Assembly: GCA_013239625.1 (NCBI GenBank)
Contig: MU053758.1
Coordinates: forward strand, 3,163,854-3,227,853
Source: Lama guanicoe
Taxonomy: Eukaryota
Direction: 5' to 3'
Length of the DNA stretch: 64,000 nt
The notes beneath the pieces are model-generated. The model made no database searches. It was given only the letters and a program-made list of their open reading frames with translations, and had not been told where the DNA came from. Below are positions 14,982 to 30,735 of this stretch, one piece after another. Numbering within the stretch: the stretch's first letter is position 1; each line of letters starts with the position of its first letter. The position numbers and the translations under genes are program-made.

Positions 14982-16964
14982 TGTATAAAAGTGTTATCTG
15001 TCCACAGTGGTTACAGTTTTCTTCATTCCCCAAGGGAGGGAATTGGGACAATTATTGGAACAATTAAACTTGACACAGTGTATCAAATACAAGGCAGGTT
15101 AGTAGTTCATGTTTCAATTTTTTTTTTATTGTAGTGGTATCATTTACTTTGGTAAATTCATATCCCAATTTTAAATGTCCCAAAGCAAATAAAACTGTTA
15201 TAAATTCAAGTACTGTATTTTAAAATGTACATGTTATACATACAATAGCTGCATGGTGGAATTACTTTAACAAGCAGTCACATTCATGATGCCTGGTACA
15301 AAGTTTTTAACACTGCATGTAAATTACACTAGCTATATTCCTTTATTATGATACTGTTGCTTAGTACAGTAACTTTAGTACAATAGCTTCTATGATTGCA
15401 TTTTCAAAGCTTTAATAAAGTTAGTAGCATTTAACTAACATTGAATGAAAACACTTTTATGTATAGGATGTATTTTAGGTCAGAGGCTTATACAGGAATA
15501 AGCACATAACATGCTGTTGTTTCCTTGACAAAAAAATCATCCTTTTCACTAAATAGAATAAGCCAGTCTAAAAGAAAACTAAAGTAATTGAAAGAAAATT
15601 TAAATGTTATTCCCTGTATTATGTTAAAGACTAACATAATTTTCTTCTGGTTAAAAATATACCTTTTTTGTTTTTTTTGGTTGACAAAGAGGACAAAGTT
15701 GCAAAGGCTGTATTAATATGCTAACAGCTGTAGCCCTTAGATAATACTTTAGCTGGGAGAAAGTATAGTGAATTATACTCAATGGTTTTTTTTTTTTTTT
15801 GCTTAGAAAAAAATTGATAGCCTATAAATTTCTAATGTTTAAAACAGGTATGCATTATTTAAGGTCTTTAAATATACCTGTATTAAACAGATTAGGTTGT
15901 TTAAAAAACTGCAACAATACTTGACTTATTCACAAATATATTTTCTATCCATATTTATTACGGTTTGAACATTTTAAAAACACAAATCTTGCAAATACTC
16001 TTAGCTTAGATAACACTGTTATCTTAATTCACATAAATAAATACAAGAAATATTTGTAATACTTTATACTGTATCTTTAATGCTCACATCAGAGACTCAA
16101 ATTAATCACATTTAACTTTACAGATGGAAAAGTTGGGATGATGAGAGATTGGATAACTCTGTTCTAGTAATTGTAGTAACTAGCTTTCATGTTGTGTTTG
16201 TGCAGCTGGCCTTCTGATTTTTTGTGGGGGAGGACACAACCTTTGAAGTTCTTTGAATAGAGTCACTTCTGCCAGTCAGATAATGATTACAAAAAACTTT
16301 CAGGTGACGATTAACTTGATTTTTCTTAATCATCAAATTAGCCCTGGGGTGTGCTCCATATTTTGCTCAAAACATCTTGTGGAAGGTAACTGTTCTTTTT
16401 CTAAGTATGCAAATTATTGTCTCAAAATGAAAAAAATTTGGTTAAGTGAATAATGCATCCTCTTTCAAAGTTTGTTTATAAGTGCTTTCTTTTTTAAGTA
16501 GAAAAATCTTTTTAGATACAACCAATCATGGAATAACAATGAATAATAATTCAGTGTGGTTCTTAACATAATACAATCATATTTAAACAGACTATCCCCT
16601 TTTTCTTACAGTGTCCAGCCACTGAGTGTAATTTCAAAGACTTAACCAAACCCTCTTAATACTTACAGTCTCTGATAAAAATTAAATTTTGAGGGAAAAA
16701 CAAGACTCTTTGGAGAATAAATAAAATAGAAACTGTGCTAAATTTCTGATTTTATTTGAAGCTCCCCCTCTCCAAAAAGTACGCTTATAATTAGACTCAG
16801 AGAAATATTGTCCCCTCCTTTTTTTTTTTTTCTGAAGAGACTCGTATGTTGGTCATACCAAGTGTACTTAATAACTTTCATTTAGGGACAGGCGATAGTC
16901 AGCATGGCCCACCCTTGGTCCATCTTAATGTCATCTTCACATCAAGTCAGACACTGTCTTTGGA

Positions 16965-17216
<252 letters not shown>

Positions 17217-17615
17217 CTATATGAAGAAGTATGGATATAGCGGGAAAAAAAAAGTATTGCATATGAAAAAGAAATCAAGAAATACATTTAATTTGTAACT
17301 TACATTTTAAATTAAAATTTATAATGGACATTATGGCATTTATAATTTATATTCTTTAAAAATCATATGAATATAATTTCTAAGGGATTCTGTGGCATTC
17401 TCACATTTTGGTTATATTTTTGGAAAAATGATGGGTTGATGATTGAATCTTCAGCTGAGTTTTTGTTTATATATATTTGTTCATGTCAGATTAAAAATCA
17501 CAGTATATAAAATTATGTTAGGAAACATTCAAAGATACTGAAGTTATTACTCAATTAAAGTTAATTTTTTGGTGTACATTCATTATTATTTCTTAACTCA
17601 GAATTGTTTTACTTA

Positions 17616-17777
<162 letters not shown>

Positions 17778-17911
17778 TTAAATGACAATGTTGAAGTTCT
17801 ATTCACAGCCAATTTGTATGTCAAACTTTATTCAAATATTGCTTGTTGTTGCTACTTTATTTACGTATAATCTCTATAAATGGCCCTTCACTTTTCCAGT
17901 TAGTTTACTTA

Positions 17912-18100
<189 letters not shown>

Positions 18101-18467
18101 TCATACAAAGGAAATACTATTTAGCAGTGAAAACAAGGGCACTAAGGATATACTGTATCTGTATGGAGCAATCTCCCAAGATAACATGGATGGGGATAAA
18201 AAGATCGTAGCTAATTTTATAAAGGTTGAAATAATATGCAAGACAATTTCATATTTTGCTTAGGGATACATTGTGAGACTAATGAAACTACTAAGCCTTA
18301 AATTTGGGAGCAAGGTTAGACTGAGGGAGGAGGATGAAACTGTTGGGGGTGTGGTTTAGGTGCCTGGGGCGGGGACTGGGGGGGCGGAACTTCAACAACA
18401 TTATAAATGTTTCCACTTCTTAAACTTGGGAGAAGTGGGTATGTGGGAGTTCATTATATTTTTCTTT

Positions 18468-18600
18468 AAAATTTTTTTTTCTGGGGGGAGGCAATTAGGT
18501 TTATTTATTATTTATGTATTACGGAGGTACTAGAGATTGAACCCAGGACCTCGTGCATGCTAAGCATACGCTGTACCACCAGAGCTATACCTTCCCCTCC
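18468..18600 (-). mobile_element. tRNA-Ala-derived SINE (Vic-1-like) in KRT222 intron 3
   Basis: Reverse-complement tRNA head plus tail; TSD tcattatatttttctt (~18452) / tcattgtatttttctt (18601). Confidence 0.88.
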
Positions 18601-19674
18601 TCATTGTATTTTTCTTGATACTTTCTTGTGTATCTTAAATATAGCATAATAAAAATTTCAAAATTATATTAAAGGAATATTAAAGACATCTTGAATGATT
18701 TAGACATTAAATAAAATTCACAACCATGTTATTTAATAATAAGTTCTATGTATATAGCTGTATATATATTTACATAGCACTGTCTTAAGCACTTTACAAA
18801 CATTAATTCATTTAATCCTCATTGCAATTCTATGAGGTAGGCAATAACATTCCCCTTTTATAGATGAGAAAATGGAGGCACAGAGAGATCCAGTAACTTT
18901 CCCAGCATCACTCAGCGAGTAAGTGGTATATTTTTAATTCAACTTACGTTTTTCAAGGATTTAGCAAATGGCAAGACTTATAGGTGAAAGTAGTTCCATC
19001 TAGTTTCACAGAAGACTCAGAATTCTGAAGCAAGTGAGAATAAAGATTTCTTTTTATGGGAACATGGAGGCTGTGCTGTACTCAAAGCCATATGACCTTA
19101 TGATTATACAGATTATGAAATTGTGTGAATTAATAAGAATTCCTCTTTTGATACCTTTTGTTATCAGGATATCTGGAAGTCTTTCAAATCATGTACTCAC
19201 AACAACATTGCTTTCCATGGTTGTACTGTAATAATAATAGGAATAATAACAACAATTATTTTATTATTTTGGTATTTGATGTATGCTGGGAGTGGGCCCT
19301 TGTGGGATGGAGGGATGTGGTAATACGTGAATTTTTCAAGCTTTTTTTGTGGGTGGACCATAGAAGGCACTTACTAATTCTAAATGAGGTGAATGGCAAC
19401 GAAAGTAAGAAAGTTAAGGAAAGTCATTTTTGTAGCAGTTGAGAATTATTTACATATTGTTCTGGACTTGCTGTGCTCTTTGTTGTAGATAATGTCCCTG
19501 ACTTTGGCTAGTCTGTCCATAATTTTGGGAGGCTGGAAATAGTTCTTCCACATATTATTTGCAGTGCGTACGAGTCTTAGTTTGTCTTAGGTACTCTGAG
19601 CACGGCATGGTGATGCGGATTTTTTAGATTACATTTCTCTGACTACATCAGTGACAGTTTATTTCTGGTCATTA

Positions 19675-20031
<357 letters not shown>

Positions 20032-20566
20032 TCACTTAAGTAAGAGGTGTTTCCTTACAGCTTTATGTATGACTCAGTTTTAAAAAAAATATTTTATATC
20101 TATAGCTAGAAAGCTTACTAGTTCAAAGGAATCCTGTGATAATTCTTTTGCGCCCCCAAAATCTGCAGTGTGATTAGTTTAGCATCCTGATTTATTAAAT
20201 ATTGAAAATATAGAATATTGAATATCAAAGCCAGAGTAAACTGCTGATAAAAGGCATTTTAGGAAAGTGTTTAAATATTTTTCTGTTAGAAGTCTCAGTG
20301 GTAGAGGTCAGAGACTCCCAACTGTTCTGACTTTGGATGATGACAAAGGCTCTGTTCCCCTACTCCAACAATTAGAGAACCCCAGGGTGATAAGCAAGGA
20401 TTATTTCATTTTTATGGGTGTGAACTAAACCTGCAGTGAATTGATCATGGCCATGATGGCGGCAGAGGGGTCGTTGAGCTAGAACCACGGATTCAATGCA
20501 CTGGCCTGATTTTCAGTTTCTCACTGTCCAGTAATGGACAGTCGTATTATGCCTTTCCCTCTCTTA

Positions 20567-20749
<183 letters not shown>

Positions 20750-21939
20750 CTAGAAGAAAGCCAACAACAACAATAACAACAGCAAAAAGAGCACCCTTGA
20801 AAATGAGACATGTAAAAGCAGTTCCAGAACAATAGTACGGGAATCGAATCATTTTTTTTCCTTTAAATTGTTAAATTACACGTGTGTGTTCTGGTGCTAA
20901 CGAATTATGTATGCAGGCAAGTCCATTGCACCTTCAGCCTCAGTTTTCTCAGCTGTAAAATGAACCTCAAAAGTTCCTTCCTACCACGACTGTCTATGAA
21001 ATGCAGAAAAATACATGTTAATGAGAAGTAAGTTTGCAAGACTTAAGTGTGAGATCTCTGATTCTTAACTTTCTAGCATCATAAGAACTTTCTGATTCTA
21101 ACTTTTATAGCATCATTAAGGAAGAAAGGTAGAGAATTAGTTACTATTTCCCCCCCCCATATTTTCTTGTAGACTGCTTTATAAAAACAGATAAACAGCT
21201 ATGTATCCTCAATTGATCATTTCTGGGACTTGGCATATGGACAAGGAGTAAATATTGCTAGGAGGTATATTATGAATAATTTAATGCGTTAAGTTATCAT
21301 GGGCATTAGAGATTCTTACAGCCTTCTGTATTAAGAGAACCCACTGTTGATTTACCTTTTTCAAAATGATCTTTTTAGAAAGCATGTTAATTCTGGGTAT
21401 CTGGGGTAGCAGTGAAAATGACTTCTTCAAAGATTGTTTTCTAAATGTTCTCATGTTAAATAACAAGTGGATTATTTTCTGTTCAGCTTTAAGTGTTCTT
21501 ATGCTGATGCTGGGGATTAAATGAAAGTTATCTTTTGACAGAATTCTCAGCATTTGGCCCCCAGAGCAACAGGAGAAATGTATAGAATTGATGGTAGTAT
21601 TTTGAAGCAAAAATGAGAACTTTTAAATGTCCATATAAAAAATACATTTTTAAAGTTAAAAACATTTAATTTGGTGGTACCGTGGATTTTTCTTAAAGGA
21701 AATATTGGATTAAATGAAAGTCTGAATAAAGTTCAGCACAAGGTATTGGAGAACAAAATTCATTTGTTTCTTTTGGTTTGTTGTATCATTTATTCGTAGT
21801 GTTAAGTTGGCAAAGCCAAGCAGTAACACATATCAGAGCAAGTACAAGAGAGAATGACAAGAATTAGGAAATAGAACATAAAAATGCTGGTTTCTACTGG
21901 TCTTTTAGATGTTGAGTGAGAAACTGACAGCTAGGCTTG

Positions 21940-22435
21940 TGCAGTAGCTAGATTCCCAAGATGGCTCCCAATGAGTCACACCTCCCAAAATTCATGTCCT
22001 GGTTTGGTCCCCTTCCACACTGAATCTGGGATGACCTGTGTCTTGCTTTAGCCAGTAGAATACAGCAGAAGTGCCAGCTATAGGCCTAAGCCTTAGGAAG
22101 CCCTGACAGCTTCCACGACTATGCTTTGGGGAGCTTTGGGACAACATGTAAGAAGTTTGGATACCCTGATGGAGAGATCACGTAGAGGGGCCAGGTAGAG
22201 AGAGAAACCCGTCCAGTTGTCTTAGGTGAGCCAGCCTTGCAGGAATGCCCTGCCAAGGTGCCAGACAACCTAGTTGTATCCCAAGATGACTGCAGTCCTA
22301 GTTAATGTCATGTGCAGCTAGAAGAATCACCCCCACTGAACCTAGTCTACCCACAGCATCATGAAAGAGAATACAATGGTTGTTTTAATCCACCAAGTTC
22401 TGGGGTGGTTTGTTATACAGCAGTAAATAACTACA
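21940..22435 (+). mobile_element. MaLR (MLT1-like) solo LTR in KRT222 intron 1
   Basis: Starts ...agatggctcccaatgagtcacacctccc...; ends with the MLT1-type 3' motif ggttgttttaatccaccaagttctggggtggtttgttatacagcagtaaataac. Confidence 0.7.
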
Positions 22436-23767
22436 ATAGCTTATTTTTATTGTGTAATAATTAAATAATCAGGCTTCCTTGAATGTATTACAGTTGGCTT
22501 TCTAAATTCTTTGGGAAAAAAATCCCCTAAAGTAGTTTTATGCGAAGAAGACTAAACAAAATTTACTGTCATCTTGCTTTTTCACTTTAATTTATTCATT
22601 TCAGCATTGTGACTTGTAAACTAAGTAACTTGTATTTCTGTCATTGCAATATAAAATGTTTATTTGGTTTATAATTTTCAGAAATTATCATCTCTTAATT
22701 TTTTTCTTCTCTTTGTAAAAGGTGAGTGAACTATTCCAACACTTAAATATCCCAGTGAGTTTGCTTAATCTAGGATGCTGATCGTTCTTTAGGAAGACTG
22801 AAAATGTTACCCAGAGGTTAAATTGATGTTGTTACTAAAAATGAATTGCTAATGCAGTAATGTCCTATGGTTTCCCAGAAATATTTTTTTCCCTTTTGGT
22901 GATGTTCTTAGGTAAACTCTTTGTTGTATTTGTGTGCTTGGCATAGAACTTGAACTCAGATATGATAGGTTAACTAAAAAAAAAAAAAAAGACAAAAATA
23001 AAAACCAAACCCTGAATTTCTGAATCTTTGTTTCTAAAATATTTGTTTGTACATTTATTTAAAGATGAAACATTAATCAATTGCTAAAGTGATTGTCACT
23101 TTAAAACAAAGTATGAAATTAGGATTTAGCCCTTATTTAACTTGGCTCTCTTTCTAAAAAATACTTAAATATTGCATGCTTAGATAAAAATAAACATTTG
23201 TCATCTTCGAGTACAAAAGCAAAAATCTATAATCTAGTGGAGAGTCCTTATCAATTTGGGGAGTTTTGATCGCCCCAATTTATATCATTTTCTCTGAATG
23301 CCATGTTCACATACCAGATGATTTCTATTTATAACAAGCTGGTATAAAATTGAACTCATTTTAAAAAATAATAGAAGCCTTTTAGCAATATTTTACTTAG
23401 ATGTGTCTTGCAAAATGTACAAGCTAAAAGCCTTACTATAAAGCTTGTATTTTAATGATATTATTTAAATTATTTCTATAAATAACTCCATAACATCTTC
23501 GAAGGGTATCTGAAATGCTGCCTTCACGTAGGATGTCTGAAAGAGGTTAGAGTGCACCATTTTATTGGATGTTGAGCCTGTGTTTTGTTAATGATAGTAA
23601 CCTCATAATTTATATGAAAAATCAAATGCATCAATCAACATTTATTTAATGGTCATTTAACAGTATAATCATGGCATTTCCCCCCCTGTAGTCCCAATCA
23701 CATTGCAGTAAAAACCTAAATTCCTTCCCCAGTATATGCTGCATTGAAAAGGAAATACTGTACCTCA

Positions 23768-24052
<285 letters not shown>

Positions 24053-25599
24053 TTAAAGATGCAGAGCTCCTTTTTTTCAGAAGCCATAGAAATTCCTGGG
24101 TTTCTCATCAATCATACAAATATTTGGTAAACCCCTTTCTCCTATTGTTGTTGGTCTAGTTGAAACATCAGACTCACCATAAAGGAACAGGAAAATGAAG
24201 ACATTCTCAGTATTCCTGAATTGGTTTTTTGGAAAATTGAGCACATTTTGGGGGTGTGGGAAGTCAATTTTTATCTTGTGGAAAGGAAATGGGGCGTAAC
24301 AGGAAAATTATTTTGTTTTTCCAAGATACTGCATGAAAATAAATCTGGGAGTAAAACATAACTAAACTTGTTTTTTTATGGCTTTCCTCACCATTTGGAT
24401 TATTTAAACAGAAGGGCTATGGGAGGGCATTAGAATACGTTGTAAGTCTTGAATATTCTTACAGTTACCATTCCTGATGTTTAGCAAGGTTGAAGAAATA
24501 CAACCGGATGGTCCCTGTGCAGGGTGGATTCATTGAGATAGGACGTACTGTGGGGTTACTCCTTCATGAGTAAACGTATAGTTAATGACAAGTCCTACTT
24601 GTAAATATAACATTTGTGCAGCTCTTCTAACTTTAAAAAGCACCTTTACACCTGTCATTCCATTCGACTGTCTTAATCCCTGTCATTTTGTAACCTGTAA
24701 AGATGACAAGCCTGAGGCGGGAGGGGTTAAGGTGTCTTTCCCAAGACCATATGGTGATGTAATAGCATCCATGGGCTTGGAACCTTGATTCCTTGGCTGT
24801 ATTCCAAATATTATCCCGTCTACCTCTGCATTATGTCTCTCGCCACCTAAATTCCTTGTTTAGCCTAGCCAGCTGGCTGCTAGATCTGAGGGAAATATTT
24901 TTGAGAATAGATCTATCACTGTTGTTATTTGAAGAGTGGCTTGGCTGAAATTCTATCTGGAGTGTAGTTCAGGAAATAATCAATCTTTGGCTGAAGTGCT
25001 CACAGGACCTTTGAATGTGCAGTCATGCCCTTTTTTTGGTTTTTATGATTTTATTTTTATTTCTTAATTTGTTTTTTTTTCATCATGCTCTTTTAATTTC
25101 TGAATTAACTCACTGCTGGCCAGCCCAGTCTGTGTGGGACATTGGGACATTCCCACAGTCCCTTCCAAACAAAGCTGACCACCCAGAGCCCCTGCTGAGT
25201 GTAGCGGTTCCATATCATTCTTGTACTCTGGCTAACCCATGCCTCCTCCACTCTCCCCACCAGCCATTGGTCTAGGGGTGGACACTTGACCTAAGATAGC
25301 CAATCTGTAGGTCAGAGACCTGTGAGGTAGTCCAACACAAAAGCTCCGACTGAAGAACATCACTTACAATTATTTAGGCCAAATGATTCTCTTTTTTGGC
25401 AACTGCAACTGAGAAATAGGAAGAGAATCAGACATTGATAGTGGGAAGAGAATCAAGAAAGAATTAAACCTTTGTTATTCTATGTAGCGCCTGCTGATCT
25501 CTGCCTAAAATACAGAGCGTTGAGCTAGGTCCATGGGGGGCAGGCCTCGTAATCTGCGCCTCAAACAGGCCTCTCCAGTATTTCTCAGGTACCCTAAAG

Positions 25600-25912
25600 C
25601 AGTGCTTTGCAACAGAAGCAGAATGCAGGTCACACATGCAAACCACACAGGTAATTTACACGTTCTAGTAGTCTTATGGAAAGAAACAAGTGAAATGAAT
25701 TTTAATATTATATTTTATTTAACTTGATCTATTCAAGCTGTACCATGTAACCAATATAAAATATCAATGAGATATTCTACATTGATTGCTAATTTTTGAT
25801 TCTGTCTTCGAAATCTAATATATATTTTTATGCCCGTCTCAATTTGGATGAGTCACACTTAAAGTGCTCAGTAACCACGTGGCTAGTGGCGACTGTGTTA
25901 AACGGTGCAGCT
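25600..25912. mobile_element. hAT/Charlie MITE (MER33/MER3-like)
   Basis: cagtgctttgcaacagaa...ttaaagtgctcagtaaccacgtggctagtggcgactgtgttaaacggtgcag. Confidence 0.6.
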
Positions 25913-26454
25913 CTAATGTTTGGGCCCTGCTGGCCCACCCAAATGAGCGTTCCATGTCTGGAATATTCCATGTCTGTCCACTGGATTAAAGGAAATAGTG
26001 CCAGATTTCTTTTATGAGGGGAAGGGGAGGAGTCTTATTTAGAAAGGTATTCTATAAGCAGGTAAGTAATGGAGTTAACTAATTCGAGATCTCAAATGTC
26101 ACTTTTCAAGGAAAAATATTGCCAATTTACTTTTTAAAAATACTGTCCTTTATTAAACAAGTCAATAAGATTAGCACATAAAGGCTGTGGCGTATGTAAA
26201 ATTGCAGGGTCCGTGTAATTCTCAGTGTATTAGCTACAGTTACAGCCTGTTCTTTATGCTTCAGAAATCATAGCAGAGTGCAAATAAGCAAGGGAGTCTT
26301 TTTTTTCCTCTCCAGAATTTTAAAAATTGAAGTATAGTCGATTTACAATGTTGTGTTAATTTCTGGTGTACAGCATAGTGATTCATTTGTATATATGTAT
26401 TTCTTTTCATATTCTTTTTCAAGCAAGGGAGTCATTCTTATAGGGATCATTTTA

Positions 26455-26586
26455 AGTTTTTTTTTTTTCCGGGGGGAGGTAATCAGGTTTATTTACTTAC
26501 TTATTTTTAATGGAGGTGTTGGGGATTGAACCGAGGAACTTGTACATGCTAAGCACATACTCTACCACTGACCTATACCCTTCTCC
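26455..26586 (-). mobile_element. tRNA-Ala-derived SINE (Vic-1-like)
   Basis: Reverse tRNA head plus tail; TSD cttatagggatcat on both sides (26437 and 26587). Confidence 0.88.
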
Positions 26587-27699
26587 CTTATAGGGATCAT
26601 CTTGAATCCACTCTAGTTATTAGAAAAGTACATCATTTGAAAATGTTGTACTTTATTAATAGGAACAAATTAATTCTAACATACCTCACAACTGCCAAAG
26701 TTCTGTGGTTGAGAACACCAGCTCTAGGGACATTTGTGAGATGAGCCTCCAGACCCTTGGGAGTTAGAATTCAAGGCTGAAGGTCATTCATTCATTCAGT
26801 TATTGGACGGCTGCTGTCTTCACAGAGGCATATTGGGTGCAGATAAAATGCTAAAAGAGTTCTGAAGAGGAGAGATGATCATTTGGGGGATATTGTGGGG
26901 AGAATAGATGGAGAAGGTATTATAGAGGAAATAGTCAAAAAAAAAAAGGGAGGCGGTTCAGGGTCAGATCATAGAAAAGGAGGCTACAAAGGCTGGATTT
27001 TATTTGGTAGGTAATGGAGAATCATTGCTGGGTTATGAAATGGGGAGTGACATGGTCAGATGAATTTGGGCAGATTTCAGACTTAAGGATACCAATAAGA
27101 GAACCGGTATTCATGAAAAGAAACGTAAAGCTGTTTTCACAGTTCTGGCTGGGAGATCATAGGACACTGGGTTTGAGTCATACTATGGGCAGAGAGGAGG
27201 GGGAGCATAAGTGAAATCAGTGAGTTTTAACAAGTGGTACCTGATTATGAAGGGAAGGGGAGGGGAGGTCAGTGATGATTCAGATTTATACTCTGCAACT
27301 AGAACATTAGTAGTTCTATGATCAGAAACAGGGAAGAGAGAAGGACAATCAGATTAAATTCACTCTGGACCCTTAAAAGGGAAAAGACCTAGGGTCAAGC
27401 CTGTGCTGCCAGTTACTAGCAAGGTGTGCTCGGGTGAAGTACTGATGCTCTTTGAACTTCAGTTTCCTCATCTGTAAAATGAGACTGATGCTACACCCCT
27501 CATGCTACTACCAGGACCACTAGGTACTGTTATCATCATCCTTGTTTTATAGGTGAAGATACTGAAGTACCATGAAAGTGCAGACCCGAGGTCTAGAGCC
27601 AGGCAGCCTGACTCCAGAGCCCTTTAGCCCGTAACTGCTACGTAACGTCCTAGTAATCAGGAGTCAAACACTTGACACATAACAGAGGCCTTTAAATCC

Positions 27700-28016
27700 T
27701 TGCTACTCAAGAGAGGGATCTTGTTTGGAATGCAGACTCTTAGGCTCCGCCCCGGACCTACTAGATCAGTCTGCATTTTAACAAGATCTCTAGGTGACTT
27801 GTGTGCACGCTGAAGTGTGAGCAGTACCGCTTCAAATCACGGGTTCTCAAACATGCCGCCCAATGAACGCACCTGGGGAACTTTAACAATTAGCGATGGC
27901 CGCATCTCCCTCCCAGAGATTCTGATTTAATCAACCCGAGATGTTGCCTGGGCATGAGAGTTAAAAAAAAATTCCCAGGTAAGTCTAATGCGCAGTATTA
28001 GAGTTTGAGAATCACT
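27700..28016. mobile_element. Adjacent MER5-like (hAT/Charlie) MITEs
   Basis: Motifs gaatgcagactcttaggctccgccccggacctact...ctgcattttaacaagatc and ggttctcaaac...agtttgagaatcactg. Confidence 0.6.
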
Positions 28017-28225
28017 GTTACAAATGTTAGTTTTGCTTCCTCTCATTTCCCTCTCATGCTTCATCCAGAGGAAGTGAGTTGTTAGTACAAGTGTCTGAAA
28101 TAAGACTCCAAAGTAAACACAGGCAAGTCCCGGTATTCCTGCTACGGTTGGTGCAAGTCTGAGTCCACAGACTCAGGTAGACAAGATGTATGCATTGCTC
28201 TATTTTTCTATAACAAATTAATCTT

Positions 28226-28983
28226 TTTATTTATTAATTTTTTTAATTGAAGTACAGTTGATCTGTAATAGGGAAGAACAAATCTGGCTCTATATTAGAT
28301 CTGTTTATTTTACTTTAACCTTTGTATTCTATTGCTTGTTAATCACTAAAGGGATGTTGCCTATAAGCTTAAATTATACATAATGGCCTATCTTGGGGAA
28401 CCCTACCTCCCAGGTAATGAGCGTTAAGCTAAAATACCTTTGTTTAGCTCACAGGAAACGGCCTGACCAGGCCCCCCTGTGAATGGCTGCAGGAAGGAAG
28501 AAATTAATACATCTTTTCCTGGGTCTGGCCGGAACCAGGACTTTACCTCTTCCTCTTTTAGTATAAAAGAAGCCTGAATTTGAACTCAGAAAAGATGGTT
28601 CTTTGGGACAGTAGTCCACCATTCTCTTGGGCTGCTGGTTTTCCAAATAAAGTCGCCACTCTTTGCCTCAACAACTTTTCTCTTGATTTATTGGCCTGTC
28701 ATGGGGCAAGCAGTATGAGCTTGGATTTGGTAACAGTTTTACAATGCTGTGATAGTTTCTGGTGCACAACAAAATGTACAAAGAATATGTATATATTCTT
28801 TTTCATATTCTTTTGGTTTATTACAGGATATTGGATATAGTTCCCTGTGTTATACAGTTGGACCTTGTTGTTTATCTATTTCATAGATAGTAGTTTGTAT
28901 CTGCTAATCCCAAACTCCTAATTTGTCCCTCCTCTACCCTTTTCCCCTTTGGTAACCAAAAGTTTTTCTATGTCTGTGAATTG
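28226..28983 (-). mobile_element. L1 3'-end fragment interrupted by an ERV LTR
   Basis: L1 3' UTR text aattgaagtacagttgat|...|ttacaatgctgtgatagtttctggtg; perfect 17-bp TSD tataacaaattaatctt at 28209-28225 and 28984-29000. Confidence 0.8.
28264..28735 (+). mobile_element. ERV solo LTR
   Basis: TG...CA termini (tgtaatagg...ggtaaca); TATA-like gtataaaa (~28561); AATAAA (~28647). Confidence 0.8.
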
Positions 28984-29197
28984 TATAACAAATTAATCTT
29001 GAGTTCTCATTCTGTAGAGGAAGTGTAATTAGATCTCACCAATTGGGCTTCCCACCTTTTCTGTAAAACACTGTGTCTAAGTTTTGGGGAACTTCAGCAG
29101 TTGTGACTCTGGGGCCCCCGTCTCATCTTTGATGTCATTTGTCCAAGTCTGTGTTCACTGAGTCAGTCTTTATTCTTCCCACTTGTCCCATTTGCAT

Positions 29198-29747
29198 TTT
29201 GGGGGAGACAAAAACAGAATCTCCCCACCCAGAAATCCTCTCCACAAAGGTAGTAGAGAAAGAAAACACCTTTGCTATGGAATCAGAATTAAACTATGAT
29301 GTGACGCCCATCCCAGGAATTGCTAAGAGAGTGCAAAGGCAGGAGGAAATCCTTCCCTTCCATAGCCAAGCAGGTACAACCCCTCACATCCCTGTGCTCA
29401 GGAGAAACAAGAACTAGTCCTCAAGGAAGAGGGCTTGACAGCACTGTTTGTCACACACAGTTCATCTGGTCACCTGACCTGGTAATTGGGGTCACCATCT
29501 GTGTTTGCTAATAGACTTCATTTAAAGGAAAATTACACTTCTTATAACTGGAGGTCGTTTTGGAGACAGGCTCCTCCCTTCCCGCTGGAGCTGGGAGACG
29601 GGGCTCTATTTTCCTTGGATGTTTACGTTCTCAAATATGGTTCGCAGGTCCTTGAGAAAGAAAAAAAGGGGGGGGGGGGTTTGTCTCTTACCTTATTTCA
29701 ACAAGGAAGATTGAGCGTCTTAGTTATAGTTTGTATTTGTCCTTACA
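29198..29747 (-). mobile_element. ERV1-class solo LTR (MER34/MER39-like), same family as 32857-33510
   Basis: Minus strand starts tgtaaggacaaatacaaac; collinear similarity to the 32857-33510 copy throughout. Confidence 0.7.
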
Positions 29748-30647
29748 GCTTCCACCTGCTCTCTTCCATGCTTCCTTCCCTGCTTGAGGGCTGGAGAATC
29801 ATTCTGCTGCTTCAGTGTGCCGGTGGCATGGAAATACCGTGTAGATTGTTTGTGGCTCCATCTGCCCAGACACCCTGCTCAACTGTAACCTATTTGGCTC
29901 TTGTCCCTTTCCCGGGGCCACGATCCCATAAGCAGGATGCAGTGCTCCTGAGCGGCCAGGTCCCCAAACTCCCCTCCCGTCTTGCTGCCTTACGGGGGCT
30001 CTGACTCAGAAGCAGGACCAGGGGCTCCTCTCTTGGGGTCCCACCGCTGCCCTTGTCTCTTCACTCCTCCTTTCTTCCCTCTCCCTTCAGTCCAGGGGAA
30101 GCTCTCCTATTCTTGAAGGTTCTAGTCTAGAGTGTAAAGCCCGATATCTGGCTATCCTGTTCGTTTCTCTCTCTGTGCCAGGCACTGAGATGGGAGACAG
30201 CAGATACGTGTAGAATGAATGATGTTTCTTCTCATAGTTCTGTTTGAGCTCTGAGTCCTCTTCCTTCTAAGACCATGGACTTTGCTTCACTCTCCCCTGA
30301 GGCAGTGAACAGAGTCACCTACTGGCTTGAAGAAGGTGGAAGTGGAGGCAGTGAACTACCAGGAGACAGATAAGTAGTTGAAAAATGTTACACTCCCCAG
30401 TTTTCCCTACTTATAAATCCAGGCAGGTCAGATGCACACCCGTCCTTCATCTTGATTTTTTTTTTATTTCACTGAGTGATACGTGGTGACTTTGGCATTA
30501 AACTTTGGAAGAAATAGCATTTCTTCTAACCTTTTTGTACTGAAGATTGGATTTCAGCTTTAAGGAGGAAAAAAATATTGAAAGGCAAATAATGGGTTAA
30601 TTTGTTTTTATATAATGCACTTGGGCACATATGTATGTACTTTTGCC

Positions 30648-30735
30648 TTTTTTTTTTTTTAGGAGGTACTGGGGATTGAACCCAGGGGCTGGTGCATGCT
30701 AAGCATGCACTCCACCACTGTGCTATACCCTCCCC
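30648..30735 (-). mobile_element. tRNA-Ala-derived SINE, short form
   Basis: Reverse tRNA head plus poly(T) on the plus strand; TSD tgtatgtactttt at 30632 and 30738. Confidence 0.88.

Noticed and set aside
29486..30004. 172-aa ORF
   Set aside because: Lies largely on the antisense strand of an LTR; no coding signature.
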